Shown here: one piece after another, positions 1 to 13,071 of the stretch
Layout of the letters: each line of letters begins with the position of its first letter
Numbering within the stretch: the first letter of the stretch is position 1
Source: Lama guanicoe
Taxonomy: Eukaryota
DNA: 64,000 nucleotides
Direction: 5' to 3'
Assembly: GCA_013239625.1 (NCBI GenBank)
Contig: MU053810.1
Span: 5,488,071-5,552,070, forward strand
Program-made: the position numbers and the translations under genes
Notes under the pieces: model-generated
Databases searched by the model: none
What the model was told of the DNA's origin: nothing
The model's input: the letters and a program-made list of their open reading frames with translations, nothing else

Positions 1-250
1 GACTTGTGGTTGCCAGGGGGGTAGAGGGTGGGAAGGGATAGACTGGGATTTCAAAACTGTAGAATGGATAAACAAGATTACACTGTATAGCACAGGGAAA
101 TATACACAAAATGTTAGGATAAATCACAGAGAAAAAAATGTGACAATGAGTGTGTATATGTCCATGAATGACTGAAAAATTGTGCTGAACACTGGAATTT
201 GACACAACATTGTAAAATGATTATAAATCAATAAAAAATGTTAAAAAAAA
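1..250 (+). mobile_element. L1 3' UTR end with polyA (young, lineage-specific family)
   Basis: Near-identical to the L1 3' ends at 11540-11790 and 23750-23999; ends AATAAAAAATGTTAAAAAAAA. Confidence 0.9.
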
Positions 251-426
251 GAGACGAAGAATAAAATCAGGAGAAAAATTTAGTTTTTCCTTGGGGAAAA
301 AAAATCTATGAACGCTGACTGAAGCAAAACATGGGATTCTTAAAGAATCATAGACATTTAAATCTGGAAGGAATCTTGAACATCATTTAGTCAAACCTCT
401 TTATTGATGTCCTTTATTTCCTTAAT

Positions 427-538
427 TTAAATGATAAATGAACATTTCAAGTCCCATGGGAACCAGAAATAAACCAAGGGAGGAGGTCCAGTGTGAGGGC
501 GAGTTGCATTACATTTTTGAAGCTTCTACTCAACATTT
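427..538 (-). pseudogene. Putative decayed terminal exon of RGS22/RGSL1-like gene
   Basis: Long polypyrimidine tract plus TACAG acceptor at 540-539. Frames give EMLSRSFKNVMQLAL and PPLVYFWFPW, resembling recalled RGSL1 LDRSVF...PVVMYFW. Two minus-strand AATAAA at 413-418 and 400-405. Confidence 0.35.
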
Positions 539-1055
539 CTGTACATGAAGGGATTAAAATGACAAACAAAGAAGAAAAACAAAATAGGAAAGTGCCCAAT
601 ATCCATCATAGGCAGCCCAGGTCAGTTAAGGAAAAAGGTTAGTTGGCTGGAGTGAAAGGATACTGCTGAGAACTTCAGTTTTTGTTGTTGTTGTTTTAAT
701 TCTAACAGCATATATGGAAGTGGCTCTGGCTAGGAATAGTCTAAATGCAAACTGAAAAATACTGCCCCAAATCCTAGGTGTTTGGTGGCCATAATGCACG
801 GTTCACGGTGTTGCAATCAGGTATTTTATCTTGTGTATCCCTTGTGTGTATTTGAATCCTCTCTTAACTAGACTGCCATCTCTTCGAAGGCCCCTACTGT
901 TTCTTATCCATTGCCCCTTCACTGGCACCTTAAGTAGCACTTCATAAAAACTAGATGATGTGTTAGTTGGTGATTGATAGCTGTATCTTTAAAATAGAAA
1001 CTTTATGTGCTTTAGCTGTATGATTCAAAGGTAAAGAATGAGGAAGGTAGAGGGT

Positions 1056-1140
1056 GGGGGTGGGTGTAGCTCAAGTGGTAAAGTATGTGCTTAGCACACA
1101 CAAGGTCCTGGGTTCAGTCCCCAGTAAAAAAAAAAAAAAA
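1056..1140 (+). mobile_element. tRNA-derived SINE (camelid Vic-1-like)
   Basis: A box TAGCTCAAGTGG, B box-like GGTTCAGTCCC, polyA tail, flanked by aaagaatgaggaag / aaagaatgatgaag direct repeat. Confidence 0.9.
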
Positions 1141-1157
1141 GAATGATGAAGACATAC

Positions 1158-1414
1158 CTTTCTGTTTTTCCCCGATTCTCTCCAGGAGTTCTGATTGCTT
1201 TCTGTGTCATTTATTCAAGACTTAAACTGGGAGTTATAGCTCTCAACACTTCTAGCATAAACCCCTTTATAAGCAACAAGAAACATTTCTTTTATAAAAG
1301 TCTTAGCCTCAATGGTGATAATATCTGCAAAACTACGTACAAACCCCCATGTGAAACATACTAATGCCTTATTTTGGAAGTTCTTCTCTACTGGTTTTAT
1401 TTTACTTTCCTTCC
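1158..1414 (-). pseudogene. Putative decayed exon, RGS22/RGSL1-like
   Basis: Acceptor tttttatgtgcctag, donor AAG|gtatgt. Frame KESKIKPVEKNFQNKALVCFTWGFVRSFADIITIEAKTFIKEMFL... has a single in-frame TGA. Confidence 0.45.
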
Positions 1415-1579
1415 CTAGGCACATAAAAACAACCACAAAGGTACTTACACAAAACATTTCAAGCTCTCTTTAGAAGATAATGATGATACATATTTTATGA
1501 TTTTTTTTCTTGGGGGGGGTGGTTAATAATTGAAGGACCTTTTTAGAAGCTTAGTAAGAAGAATTAGCCTACAGGGAAG

Positions 1580-1820
1580 ATGATAGACTGCTATCACTAA
1601 TATACTAACACTGCCCAGGGACCTTTATATGTAGTCACCTACTTAATTCTTATGACCGACCTATGCAGAATTTTTTTTTTTTTTTGGTTTTTACCATTCT
1701 CATTTTACAGGAGAGAGAATTTAGAAACAGAAGGCGTTAAGTAACTTGTCCAACAGTTACACAGCCAAGATCTGGAGTACAACTCTGGCTCTATAAGCCA
1801 CGTGCTTAACCAGTGGTACA
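1580..1820 (-). mobile_element. MIR SINE
   Basis: Core ctcattttacaggagagaga...gttaagtaacttgtccaacagttacacagc. Confidence 0.75.
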
Positions 1821-4800
1821 ACCTCTTGAATGTACACAAAGTATGGAGAAATGAATCATTTCATTCATTTCATCATTTCAGTCAATTCATGGTTTGCAAT
1901 GTTTGCTTTAGTGAGCTTAAGAAGTTTATTGACTTATCTGTGAATCTGTAAAAATATTCTTCTACAGGGTCAGCATTCTGCTAATCTCATACTTTAATGG
2001 TTGGCCTCAAAGTGAGTTTGTGTCATCCAGTGGCATCAGTGAGCTGTGTTATGTCATCTTTGCCTCCTGCAATTTCTTTGGAAAGTTAAAAAAAAAACAA
2101 TACTTTTGTGTATTCATTAAAAGCATAAAAGCATAATGCATTTCCTAGTGTCTTTTAAATAGTTTGTAGAGCTTGGGAAAACACAAAGATATATTCCACA
2201 CACGTGTTTTTCACATGAAATTGGCAAGGGTCTGGCATCACAGCCCCGCCCACTGATCATAGAGCCTCTACACTGTGTTCCTGGGGTGGCCGTCCTTCCA
2301 GGGACCACTGAGGTCGCACAAGGCAGCTTCCTGCACCGCAGTTTACACTAGAGGTTGGAGCACTTGAGTCTGCCTCTCAATTAGCGATGTTGCCACTTTG
2401 ATGTGTTTAGTGACCTTCCACTGTGATTTTTGTGTGTTGCTTTAAAAACTTGTAAGCACTTGAGATTTGGGAGCTAGTCTCTAGTGGAAACATCTGTTTA
2501 TTTCTATTCCTCTGTCTAGCTAGGTTTCTTTTTCTTAGGTTAAAAAAAGGGATAATGTCCTAAAAAGGAGGGGGGGTGGAAGAAAGGGGAGAGGGCACTG
2601 GGCTGGGAGTTGAGGATTGGAGTTTGCTCTCAGGCTCCGTCAAAACTGTGACTCTAAGTAAAGAAGTTGGGTCACTCTTTGAGGGTCACTGTTAAAAGAT
2701 CCAAGCGTTTACTGAGCACTAACTGGTAGGCATCATGCTGAGTCTTTGCAATTTGCCTTTGATCAGCTGGCATCTTTTGAGCTCCCACTATGTGTGAAAG
2801 AAGTACTACCCTAGATTCTGTGGGGTATGAAAGAGTATAAAAGAAGGTCCCTTCTCCCAGAGCTTATGCACTGACTCATGGGCCGGATATTACAGCAAAT
2901 CTTCTTTGAAAATTCATTTCAGTAGTAACTTGGGTTTAAAAAAATCTTTTTTGTGTCCCTTCCTCTGTCTCCACTCCTGCATTAAATGTGGCCAGCAGGT
3001 GCCCTGAGCTCAGGAGGATGAGTCAGTGTCCCTGTCCCACGCAGTCAGCTGTTGTCACTGAGTGCCCATCAGACCAGCTGAAACCCCCCTAAGTCTCCAG
3101 TGTGTTCCTGCTCAGAGCTCAGGAGGCTCCTGCTGGTGTGAGGATAAGACTGCAAGCCTAAAGAAGAGACTCCCCATCCCTGTTTGCTGGCACTAAGGTA
3201 CGTCAAAGACCTGAGGCAGGCAGGGCTTGGCGGTGGAGCGTAGGCTGTGAAATTAGATCCTGGCTTTGGAGGCCAGTTCGAGACTGGTACAGGTTACCCA
3301 GGAGAGACAGGCGTCCTCCCGCCTTGGGGTCCTGGGACACTGCAGTGCGGTGGTGTGCCCTAGTGCACCGAGGGCAGAGTGGAGCTTGATGGGGAATCAT
3401 AGTAGAAAGATAGGCAGGAATCAGCCCAGAGAGAGGGCGTGCTTGCTGTGCTGAGAAGTCCAGGCTTTGTTCACTGAGGATTTCATGGCTGAGTGCTCGT
3501 GAAAAGACACTTGCAGCCTCACGCGCTCTCCTGGCCCCCCGTTCTGCAGCGTAGCGCGTACCCTGGTTTGCTCCTGACGTTTCCTTGCCCAGATGTAGGC
3601 TGACTTTAGGGCTGGAAACATGGAGACTGTTTCCTGAAACACTCCTCCTCACTGCATCTGGCAACTGGTTTTGTACAGCTCCTCATCTCCATCCCACACA
3701 CAACTTTATGATTGGCATCCAGTGTGCTCAGATCCAAACCCTGATTACAATCTGTTTTGTCTTTCAGATTCTTGGCACTGTGTCATTAAACTCTTCCAAT
3801 TCTAATCCAGTCCTCACTTAACAGAACCGAAACGTTTCACGGCTGGTATTCCAAGATTGCCCTCCCACCTGTGCCCTGATACTGCCCTGTTGAAAGCCAG
3901 AGTTCTGAGTTCTACCAGGGTTATTTTCTTATCACAGACCCACATGAGTTTTTTCATTTTTGTCATTCTTTGATTAATGACATTTCCAAATCTTTTCTGA
4001 CTAATGTGAACCTAAAAAAACAAAACAAAACAGAAACAAAAAAACCTAAATCTTATCTGAGGAACTATTTGCTAAAATTTCTTAAAAGACCCTCTTTAAG
4101 TCGTTTTAAATAGTGTAGCCTGAGTGAGTTGACTGCCCGGGGGTCTGGGAGTAGAGTAATTAGAAACCCCTTTGTGATCTGCTCTAAGAATGACCTCATA
4201 TTTGCCCAGAATAGCTCCCTTCAGATAATAGTAACTGTTACAGTGCTGTAATTTTTAAAACAGTGTGGCAAAGTACTCAAGGGAGCTGTCAGAGGCCTGA
4301 GTTTAAGCCCCATCTCTGCCATCAACTAACTCAATAGAAATCCATTCAACTATTTTTGGCCTCAGTTTTCCAGAAAATGAAAGGGAGCCTGATTAGATTA
4401 TTTCCAAAGACTAGAATTTTGCAATCGTGAGTTTCTTTTTTCATTACAGGAGCAGTATGAACTCTGAGGAAATATTGTAACATTTGATGGTAGCTATACC
4501 CTGAATACTTTTAGTAAGGTTTGAACCTTGTAAAAAAAAAAAAAATCTTTTCAATGGTAGCCATATTCTTTAGCAAAGTTTGCCACCTAGTGGCCACAAA
4601 GACTGAAACAGGGCTTTGATTTATACAGTTGAACCCCTTTACTGGGTTTAATTGACCATTGAACACAATGATTAGACTAAGTTTTAAAACCTTGTGTCTG
4701 CTTTGAAAGTAGGAAACTACTCTCAATACCAGCTAATCTTGGATCTTTACATTTTCCAGATTCTATTTTTAGTTTCTAGACAACCCCTTCTCGACCCCCA

Positions 4801-4965
4801 ACCCCCCCACCCCCAGCCCAAATCTTTAAAAACCCTAAATGACACCCCCAGCCCACAGCTTTTAAAGCCCTAAATGCTTTTGTTTGTCTCAGAAACAATT
4901 TGGGCTCTAGGACCTGAGTGCCATGTGAGGACATGTGCACATTATTTTAGATTTGTGGATTCTTT

Positions 4966-5296
4966 TCCTTTAAATTGAAATGTAGTTGATTTACATACAA
5001 TGTTGTGTTAGTTTCAAGTGCACCACAGAGTGATTCAGTTTTACATATATATGTGTGTGTATGTATTTTTTTTAGATTCTTTTCCATCATAGGCTATTAC
5101 AAGATACTGAATATAGATCCCTGTGCTGTACAGTAGGTCCTTGTTGTTAACTGTTTTATATATAGTAATGTGTATCTGTTAATCCCAGACTCCTAGTTTA
5201 TCCCTCCCCTCTCCCCCTTATAACCATAAGTTTGTTTTCTATGTCTGTGAGTCTATTTCTGTTTTGTAAATAAGTTCACTTGTATCATTTTTTCAG
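4966..5296 (-). mobile_element. L1 3' UTR fragment
   Basis: ttaaattgaaatgtagttgatttac...ataaccataagtttgttttctatgtctgtgagtc; loose TSD tgtggattctttt / tgtgggttactttt. Confidence 0.85.
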
Positions 5297-5354
5297 GCTG
5301 TGGGTTACTTTTGAGTCTTATGTAGACAGCTGCCTTACCAGCTTGGCAACTTAC

Positions 5355-5651
5355 ATGACCTTTGAGTAGCCTCGTATTCTAAAAAGTATTTGAAAATCTT
5401 CAGCGTGAAGGGTCAAGTATTATCTTCATAAAAATATCAGATGACTGGAATCATAAGAATAGGTCATGCTCTGCATACTCATAACAGAAAGTATGAGTAT
5501 TCTATTGACATTTGACAGATGCCTGAAAACATATTCTACTTGACATTTTGCTTGATTCCACTTGGACCCTCTCTTGGACAACATTAGTCGACAGTCCAAA
5601 AAAACATGTTGCAAAAGATTTGCAGTGACTCAAATAGCTAACTATCTCTTC
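5355..5651 (-). pseudogene. Putative decayed exon, RGS22/RGSL1-like
   Basis: Acceptor ttttatacatgcag, donor CAT|gtaagt. Gives EEIVSYLSHCKSF...FQSSDIFMKIILDPS then, after a frameshift, LKIFKYFLEYEATQRS; several stops. Confidence 0.45.
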
Positions 5652-6369
5652 CTGCATGTATAAAACTTAACTGAAAAGATGATTCAGCACATTTGACTGA
5701 CCTTTATGATTGGATTACCGCATTCTGTTGATTCTTATTTTGTGGTTGGCATTATTCCTTTGATAACTTTGTAAGTTTAAAAAGCTAAAGATCTAATCTG
5801 TTCTTAGAAACAATGATCAGTACATATATGTAAACTAAAAAAATAGGTGCAGTGTATTGTATATACGTATTTACATAAAGTATAATGTGTATGTGCAGTC
5901 AAACTGTAATAATTCTACCTAATAAAACTTAAAAAGGGGGAAAAAAGATGATTCAAGTCTTTGCAGAGAGTTGATTCCTGTTCTAAAGGATGACTTCTGC
6001 TCTGCATTTTGGTAATTTGCCTGGAGTGAAATGATGAGAAAGTGGAAGGTGTTAACAGGTAGCTCACTATTCGTTGTTTTTTTGTTTTTTTCTGCGGAAC
6101 AAATCCAACTGCTTTCTGGACATCTTCTCTTGATTTTCTCAAAGATGCCTTAGACATGTCCAAAACAGAAATTGTGGTCTTGCCTCTCTCAGACCTGGAT
6201 TATTTCCAGTCTTCTTTCCCTCAGAAAATGGCGTTTGTCTCTGACTATTACACAATTACACACATCGAGAACCTAAGGGTCATTTCTTGATAACCTTGAT
6301 TTCTCTTGAAATCATTTATGTGTTCACAGTCAAAAGAAAAAAGAAAAAAAAAGAGCCAAACTGTCATAG

Positions 6370-6520
6370 CAAACACGTAAGGTAGGTGTTGTTTGACCCC
6401 CATTTTAGAGATTAGACTACTGAGGCACAGAGTGGTTAAGAAACGTGTACAAGGTCACCAAGCTTGTAAGCTGTAGGCCTAGGATGTGAACCTAGTAACT
6501 GGGGTGTGGAATTTGTACAC
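6370..6520 (-). mobile_element. MIR SINE
   Basis: cccattttagagattagactactgaggcacagagtggttaag core. Confidence 0.75.
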
Positions 6521-7499
6521 TCACACAAGAGACACTCCCTTTAAATGTAGGAAAAACAACACTACCCCCAAATTATCATTATTTTTAATACTGATTTTGA
6601 AATTGAGGACAAAGCAACAAGACATGAATTACAAATAAAATGAATATTGGAAAGAAATGGATGATCCTATCATATGTAAAACTGAAAAAAAAAATCATCA
6701 GGTGAAAGGCATTTTAGAATAAAAAATGTTTCACCAGAGGTAGATGTAAGGAAAAATACAGAAGATATTCTAATATTGTATAATGAGTTTGTATAATCCA
6801 TTGAAGAGACTACATTTAGAGTAACAATAAAGTGTTTACTTTTTTATGTTTGCTCTACTTCATTACGTTAAATATACAGTTGACCTATAAAAAGTTACTT
6901 GGAAAACAGAAATTAAACATTAATTAGCAATAGGCATTAAAATCAGGCAAGGGAAAATAAATGTAAAAACTAAGATGTATTTGAAATTCCACGGATGAAC
7001 TCAGAGGTGTGTATGACATATTTACACTGGAAAATAAGCATCTCCCATCAAGCCGTCCCTCTCAGGTGGATGAATATAAGGCTTGGAAGCGGACGGGAAC
7101 ATCTGCATTGCAGGCAAGATTGGCTGAGTGGACCTCACTGGACAATGAAGGGTCAGCTGTCACGAGTGGCTTGCCCTAGAATACACAAAGCTATCTTTTC
7201 AGCTACTGTGTGTGTCAAGAAAATGGGTAGATTCCATTGAAGACTAAGATGGTGCATTCAGACTACACCACAGAGGACCCCTTTCCCAATGCCTAGAGAA
7301 AAAAAGCAAAAGTTCATTAAAAAGGCAAAAAAAAATTTTATCAACAGCAACCAAATAAGAAAAGAGGCATAATCTAAAGCAATAATCTTCAAAAAACTGG
7401 CATCTAAGGAAACAGATTTTAGAGCAGAGACATATCAAATGTCTCAATTCTAATGAGTTAGAAGTTCTGAGAATGTCCACACATATCTTTATATTTTTC

Positions 7500-9600
7500 T
7501 TCTAAAAGTAAGGAGTCATGGAAACTATGGAGAAATGGGTGAAACAGAAATTAAACAGTAGGACCAACACTTTCTGCAGAAATGTGAACTTCAAACGTAC
7601 ATGATGAACTGAAGAAGTTTTCCAAAGCAAGGGAAAGGGGTTGTCACTCCATCACTTGACAAGTAGCAAAATCTCGGAAGAAAGACAAGAGCTCAGGTAC
7701 TTATAACAGGGACTTCCTGCTATTTAGTTGAGCCCCTTGTCCCTGCACCTCTATCCCAGCCACACACACACACTCACTGCTGCCATTTCATAAATAATAG
7801 GTAAAATATGATATATTTACCCATTGAACTGTAACTCAGAGGCGAAAACAAATGGATCTGAAGTATCTGAGAAAAAGTGTCGATTTTCTTAACCCTCTAA
7901 CAAATAAAATGGTTGGGCAGATCTGCTGCCTAAGCATGAACCAAAAAACAAACAAACAAACAAACAAACAAAGAGCAAGCAAAATGCCACCTCCAAAACC
8001 ATGTCAAGACAGGGGCATACAGTGCAAAAGGAAAAGAACCCACAGCCAAATAAACACCAAGGTGCAGAAAGAAATTTCTCACAATTGCTTCATCTGGGGT
8101 GTGATTGAGAGGAGCATGTATTTAATAAAATAGCCACTCATGGAAGACATGAAAAAGCAATAAAATTTTAAAAAGGGAATGGCAGATCTAAGGAAATAAA
8201 GGACTGACACTATCATTGCCAAACAAATGTATCAGATGAGCAAAGAAAAGATTAAACCCCCTTGAAAACTGAATTACTGACACAGAGGAAAGTCTTGGGA
8301 TAATCAGAGTGGCTGCATATTTTTCATCTAATATTAAAAACAATTACATAGCAGCACTATTTACAATGGCCAAGACAAGGAAGCAACCTAAATATCCATT
8401 GACAGATGACTGGATAAAGAAGTCGTGGTATATTTTATGTGGTGTGTGTGTGTATGTATGTATATGTGTGTGTGTGTGTCTGTGTGTGTGTATAATATGT
8501 GGTATATATATAATATGTGGTGTGTGTATTATATAATTATAATATATATATGATATGTGATCTATATAATGGAATACTACTCAGCCATAAAAAAGACTAA
8601 AATCATGCTATTTGAAGCAACATGAATGGACCTGGAGATCATCATTCTAAGTGAAGTAAGCCAGAAAGAGAAAGGAAAAAATACCATATGATATCACTTA
8701 TATGTGGAATCTAAAAAAACAGGAGACAAATGAACTTATTTACAAAACAGAGACAGACTCACAGACATAGAAAACAAACTTATGGTTACCAGTGGGGAAA
8801 AGGATGGAGAGGGATAAATTGGGAGTTCAGGATTAGCAGGTACTAGCTCTATATATAAAATAAACAATAAGGACCTACTATCTAGCACAGGGAATTATAT
8901 TCAATACCTTGTAATGGCCTATAATGGAAAAGAATATGAAAAGGAATATATATTATATAAATGAATCACTATGCTGTACACTGGAAATTAACATAACATT
9001 GTAAATACTTTAGAAAAGCAATTAGAGAAAAACAGATAAAGAAGGCAGAGATGAGCCAACTCAAGGATGATTGCTAATAGAACACGAGATACATCCTTTG
9101 AAATGAAGAAAAATATGGAGACTGCCAGAGTCCATCATAGTCCATAAAAATACTATACAGAATACCTGTTAAACTTCAAGAATTGAAAAAATATACGCCT
9201 CTTAATGCCAGAGAACAATGAAACAGTCTCTACGAAGTTCTGAGGGAAAAAGCATGTGGTGGAAGCATATTGTTCCCACTTCAAATGTCCATCCAGCATA
9301 ATGGCAAATATGAGAAGCCTCAGAGAATATATTATCCGTGAGCCTCTTTTGAGCCACTTATTTGACAATGAAATGCAGTCACTTAATACTTGCATCAAAA
9401 GAGAGAACTCGAGAGAAGAAGACCCTGTGGGAAAAGGTCCCTAAAAAGCACTGAATTCATTTAAATGTTGAACTGATACCAAACAGAAGTATGTTGCCTA
9501 ACAACAGAAAGTATGTTATTAAACATTAGGATATAAAAATAATAATATAAAGAAATAAGAAGTGAGGAATGGGGACGTGAAAGGAAGTATGTGAGGTCTA
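7500..9600 (+). mobile_element. Old L1M/HAL1-type ORF1 remnant, interrupted by a younger L1
   Basis: A-rich; ORF 9256-9444 contains NMRSLREYIIREPLLSHL, like the L1 ORF1 C-terminus (LREF..TRP.L.E.L). Boundaries uncertain. Confidence 0.5.
8347..9008 (+). mobile_element. L1 ORF2 C-terminus plus 3' UTR with internal (TG)/(TA) microsatellite
   Basis: IAALFTMAKTRKQPKYPLTDDWIKK; L1 3' UTR motifs. Confidence 0.9.
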
Positions 9601-10331
9601 AAAGCCTCAGATTATATAAAAATTCAATCATGTCTGTTCTCCAGAATCAAAAGCTGTAGTTACAAAAGAAACATGTCATTACCCACTTCTTCCCTTCTTA
9701 ACTACTGACGGGCTCTTTTAGGAAATACTGATCTATTGTGTGAAGCAAACTTTATGTGAAGTTCAACAGTTAATTTATCTTTCCTTGTTTCTTTTCTTTC
9801 TGAATTTACGAAACTAAGTGAAATTTAACTTAAAACTTTCTACTAAAAATAGCATTTTAGTTGATTCTATTTTTATAGAAGCATTGCTTTCTGTCACTCT
9901 AATGGCAAGGAAAGTTGTCTGAAATGATTACACTAGTTCTTTGTGGGTACTGATATTTAGAGTGATTTCTTTTAACCTGTCATCTTTGTACATTTCTACA
10001 TTTTGAAATTGTTCTTAATGAGTTAATATCATTTTTTACAAAAACTAGAGGGAGAAATGTGCTTTAAAAATAAACAACAGCTAGAAGTAGATATGCCAAG
10101 TTGTTATCAGATGGTTAGCCAGGTGGTTTATAAATAATTATTATTTTATTCTCTTTTTTTAATTGTAGAGATAAAATATTTTAAAATATTGAAATACAGG
10201 TAGACTTGGATAAATTGAGAAGTATTATAAGAACGTAGGTGAGAATACTAATAGAGATATTATATTGCATCCAAGTGGATTCGTAGATTTAGTTCACCGC
10301 TATCAAAATCACAAAGATATTCTTCATAGAG

Positions 10332-10333
<2 letters not shown>

Positions 10334-10368
<35 letters not shown>
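10334..10368. repeat. (CA)n microsatellite
   Basis: Direct inspection. Confidence 0.95.
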
Positions 10369-10371
<3 letters not shown>

Positions 10372-11219
10372 CCCTAAAAATAAAAATATTTTAACAATAT
10401 GAAACCATAAAAGTAGTGGAACAGGAAATTACTCATTTATGCTATTTAATTTGTTTAGTTAATTAGTGGGCAAAGTTTCTCTTGCTCTACACTCTAGGTG
10501 TATAACCACTGTGATCTGAGCCATGCAGCTTCTTATGGTCCATCTGCAGAACAGAAATTGCAGGAATGTTACAAGTAATTGGCAGCCCAGATCCTTTTCT
10601 CCAGCTGAAACATAAAGAGGGATTGTGTCCTACTGACTACCTGGTACATTTCTGTGATTTGCTAACAAGAATTTGCGGTCAACCTGAGCAATTTGCATGA
10701 TGTTTTTATTACTCTTACTTATATCTACTTTTACTGAATTTTTAATTTTATGTGTATATTTTACTGAAAAGCCAGAGAATTGACTTTTGAAATGTTTATA
10801 CAAATAGTAACTATTGGCTAAAATGAGTTTCCCCGTCATGTGATATTTTAAGAGAGAAGAATGATAAGCAAGCAGATTCATCTTTTTGGTTTTTATAATA
10901 TATTCAAGTAACAGTACACAAAAGAGAAGGCTGCATTTAACAAATAATATACCAATAGGATATTCAAGAAAAATGCCCCACTGGCCTTCAGTTTATGGGG
11001 CATATTAAAAATACACAGTAAAAGAAGGGAGTAAGAATATTTAACAATATTCTCAATGTATTCTCAAATATATAAAAATTGTCTTGAAATAAGAAGTTTG
11101 CTGTTTTAAATAATGAAATCTACACTTTCTGTCAAAACCAATTCAAGAGTTGAACAGAACCATCCTTGGGGAAAGAGTTTAATAGAAAACAAATCATGAT
11201 TAGAATAAGAGAGTCTCGC

Positions 11220-11790
11220 CTACTTCAAAAAGACACCTGCACCCCACTGTTCATAGCAGCACTATTTACAATAGCCAAGACATGGAAACAGCCGAAATGT
11301 CCATCAACAGAAGACTGGATAAAGAAGATGTGGTATATTTATACAATGGAATACTATTCAGCCATAAAAAACAACAATATAATGCCATTTGTAGCAACAT
11401 GGATATTCCTGGAGAATGTTATTGTAAGTGAAGTAAGCCAGAAAGAGAAAGAAAAATACCATATGAGATTGCTCATATATGGAATCTAAAAAACAAAACA
11501 AAACAAATACAAAACAGAAACTGACTCATAGACATAGAATACAAACTTGTGGTTGCCAAGGGGGCAGGGGGTGGGGAGGGACAGACTGGGATTTCAAAAT
11601 GTAGAATAGATAAACAAAATTATACTGTATAGCACAGGGCAATATATACAAGATCTTGTGGTAGCTCACAGTGAAAAAAATGTAACAGTGAATATATGTA
11701 TGCTCATGTATAACTGAAAAATTGCGCTCTACACTGGAATGTGACACAACGCTGTAAAATGACTATAACTCAATAAAAAAATGTTAAAAA
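11220..11790 (+). mobile_element. 5'-truncated young L1 (ORF2 C-terminus plus 3' UTR)
   Basis: [47 protein letters not shown]; polyA end. Confidence 0.95.
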
Positions 11791-12499
11791 GAACGAGAAT
11801 GTCAATTTATCAGGACAATGGAAAGTCTGTCTCAGTTTTGATGTGATAGGAAAAAATTACAAAGAATCTCATACTGTTATTTTAAAATATTAATCCGCAT
11901 AACAAGGCAACAAATAAAATGAAAAGACAGGCCAGGAAAACATTTGAAGCAAGTATATAAATAAATCAAAATATTGCTTTAGTGGTTTCTATAAATTGGT
12001 AAAGTTGTAGCAACAAGGAAATAGAATTCAAAAGTGTCTGTGTTCTCAATGCAAGTAAGTAAAAATAACATTTTTAAAGAAAATATGCAAAAACAAATCT
12101 TTGACTTCATATATTGAGATACAGACTAATATTTTTCACTTTATAAATTATCAACATTGTCACATTTTCAATAAAATGGAAACATTTATTAAACATCCTA
12201 GTAGATATAAAAAGGAACTGTTATAAAAGTTGCAGGACTACTTAGATAAATTTCCTCAGTTTCTTGAGGAAGCTGAACTCAACTGTTATATTAAACATGA
12301 CAAAGGGTAAACACAAAACTCCTATTAAGACATTTGAGTCTTAAAAAAATGGTGATTCATAAGACTCCTGGATAGTTAGTGAGATGGAAATTTTGTATTT
12401 AGCAGTAGGACCAGCCTGAATCCCTTGCTGGGATCACACTGGAGAGTGTGGAAACAGGAAGGATAAAAGAAGTCCCAACCCAAGTCAACCTGGCAGAAT

Positions 12500-12700
12500 T
12501 TGAAGAGCAAGGGTTTTGGTGTCCAAGGGCTTTGAGCTGGAATCCTAGCTCGTGCACCTACCAGCAGTGTGTCTGTGGACCTGTCACTTTGCCCTGGAAA
12601 TCCCATTTTCTCAACTGTGAAACTGAGTACTAACAGCAGTGCTGCATTGCTGGGGAGAGTTAAATGACATATGGTAGAAGACACTGGCTTTTATCATTGA
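12500..12700 (+). mobile_element. MIR SINE
   Basis: aatcctagctc...cccattttctcaactgtgaaactgag...gagttaaatga. Confidence 0.65.
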
Positions 12701-12940
12701 TTATTTTAAAATGCCAATTAGGAAGAGCCGACTGGCTTCTCCACCATATAATGTCCTTGCTGTCTGCTGCAACGACCTTGGCTACCAGTCTGTTACATCA
12801 TCAAAAGGGATGTTAAGACTTTAAAAAACCCCATCACAAAAGAGTTCCTTTAGAACCACAGATGTCTGATTTCTTTGCTAAGATCTATATCAAATAAGAA
12901 CCCTGAATTCAGCAATGAATTTCAGACATCAAAATTTTAC

Positions 12941-13071
12941 CTTTGGACAAAAGTCATTTAAAAACTCAAATTAGAATCATTAAATCATTTTCCAACTTCA
13001 ATATGTCGGTGATGATGGGGGTCCCTGAAGGATATGTATGACTTTTTCTAACGTGCAACATAATCTCTCTT
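12941..13071 (-). pseudogene. Putative decayed exon, start of an RGS-like domain
   Basis: Acceptor (T)n-cag, donor AAG|gtaaaa. REIMLHVRKSHTYPSGTPIITDILKLENDLMIL then, after a frameshift, FEFLNDFCPK. Confidence 0.4.

Noticed and set aside
1056..1140. tRNA gene calls for this and similar elements
   Set aside because: Many diverged copies with polyA/AT tails and TSDs; these are SINEs.
1215..1217. In-frame TGA as selenocysteine or readthrough
   Set aside because: No SECIS recognised, and neighbouring segments have many TAA/TAG stops and frameshifts, so decay is the simpler explanation.
3203..3664. 153-aa minus ORF
   Set aside because: Non-ATG start, GC-rich composition, no recognisable domain or convincing splice pair.
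4800..4880. Short imperfect tandem duplication (cccccagccca...ccctaaatg twice)
   Set aside because: Two copies only; ordinary slippage. The same applies to about 49552-49614.
5455..5485. YAEHDL resembling the CDK8 kinase motif
   Set aside because: Isolated hexapeptide with no other kinase motifs.
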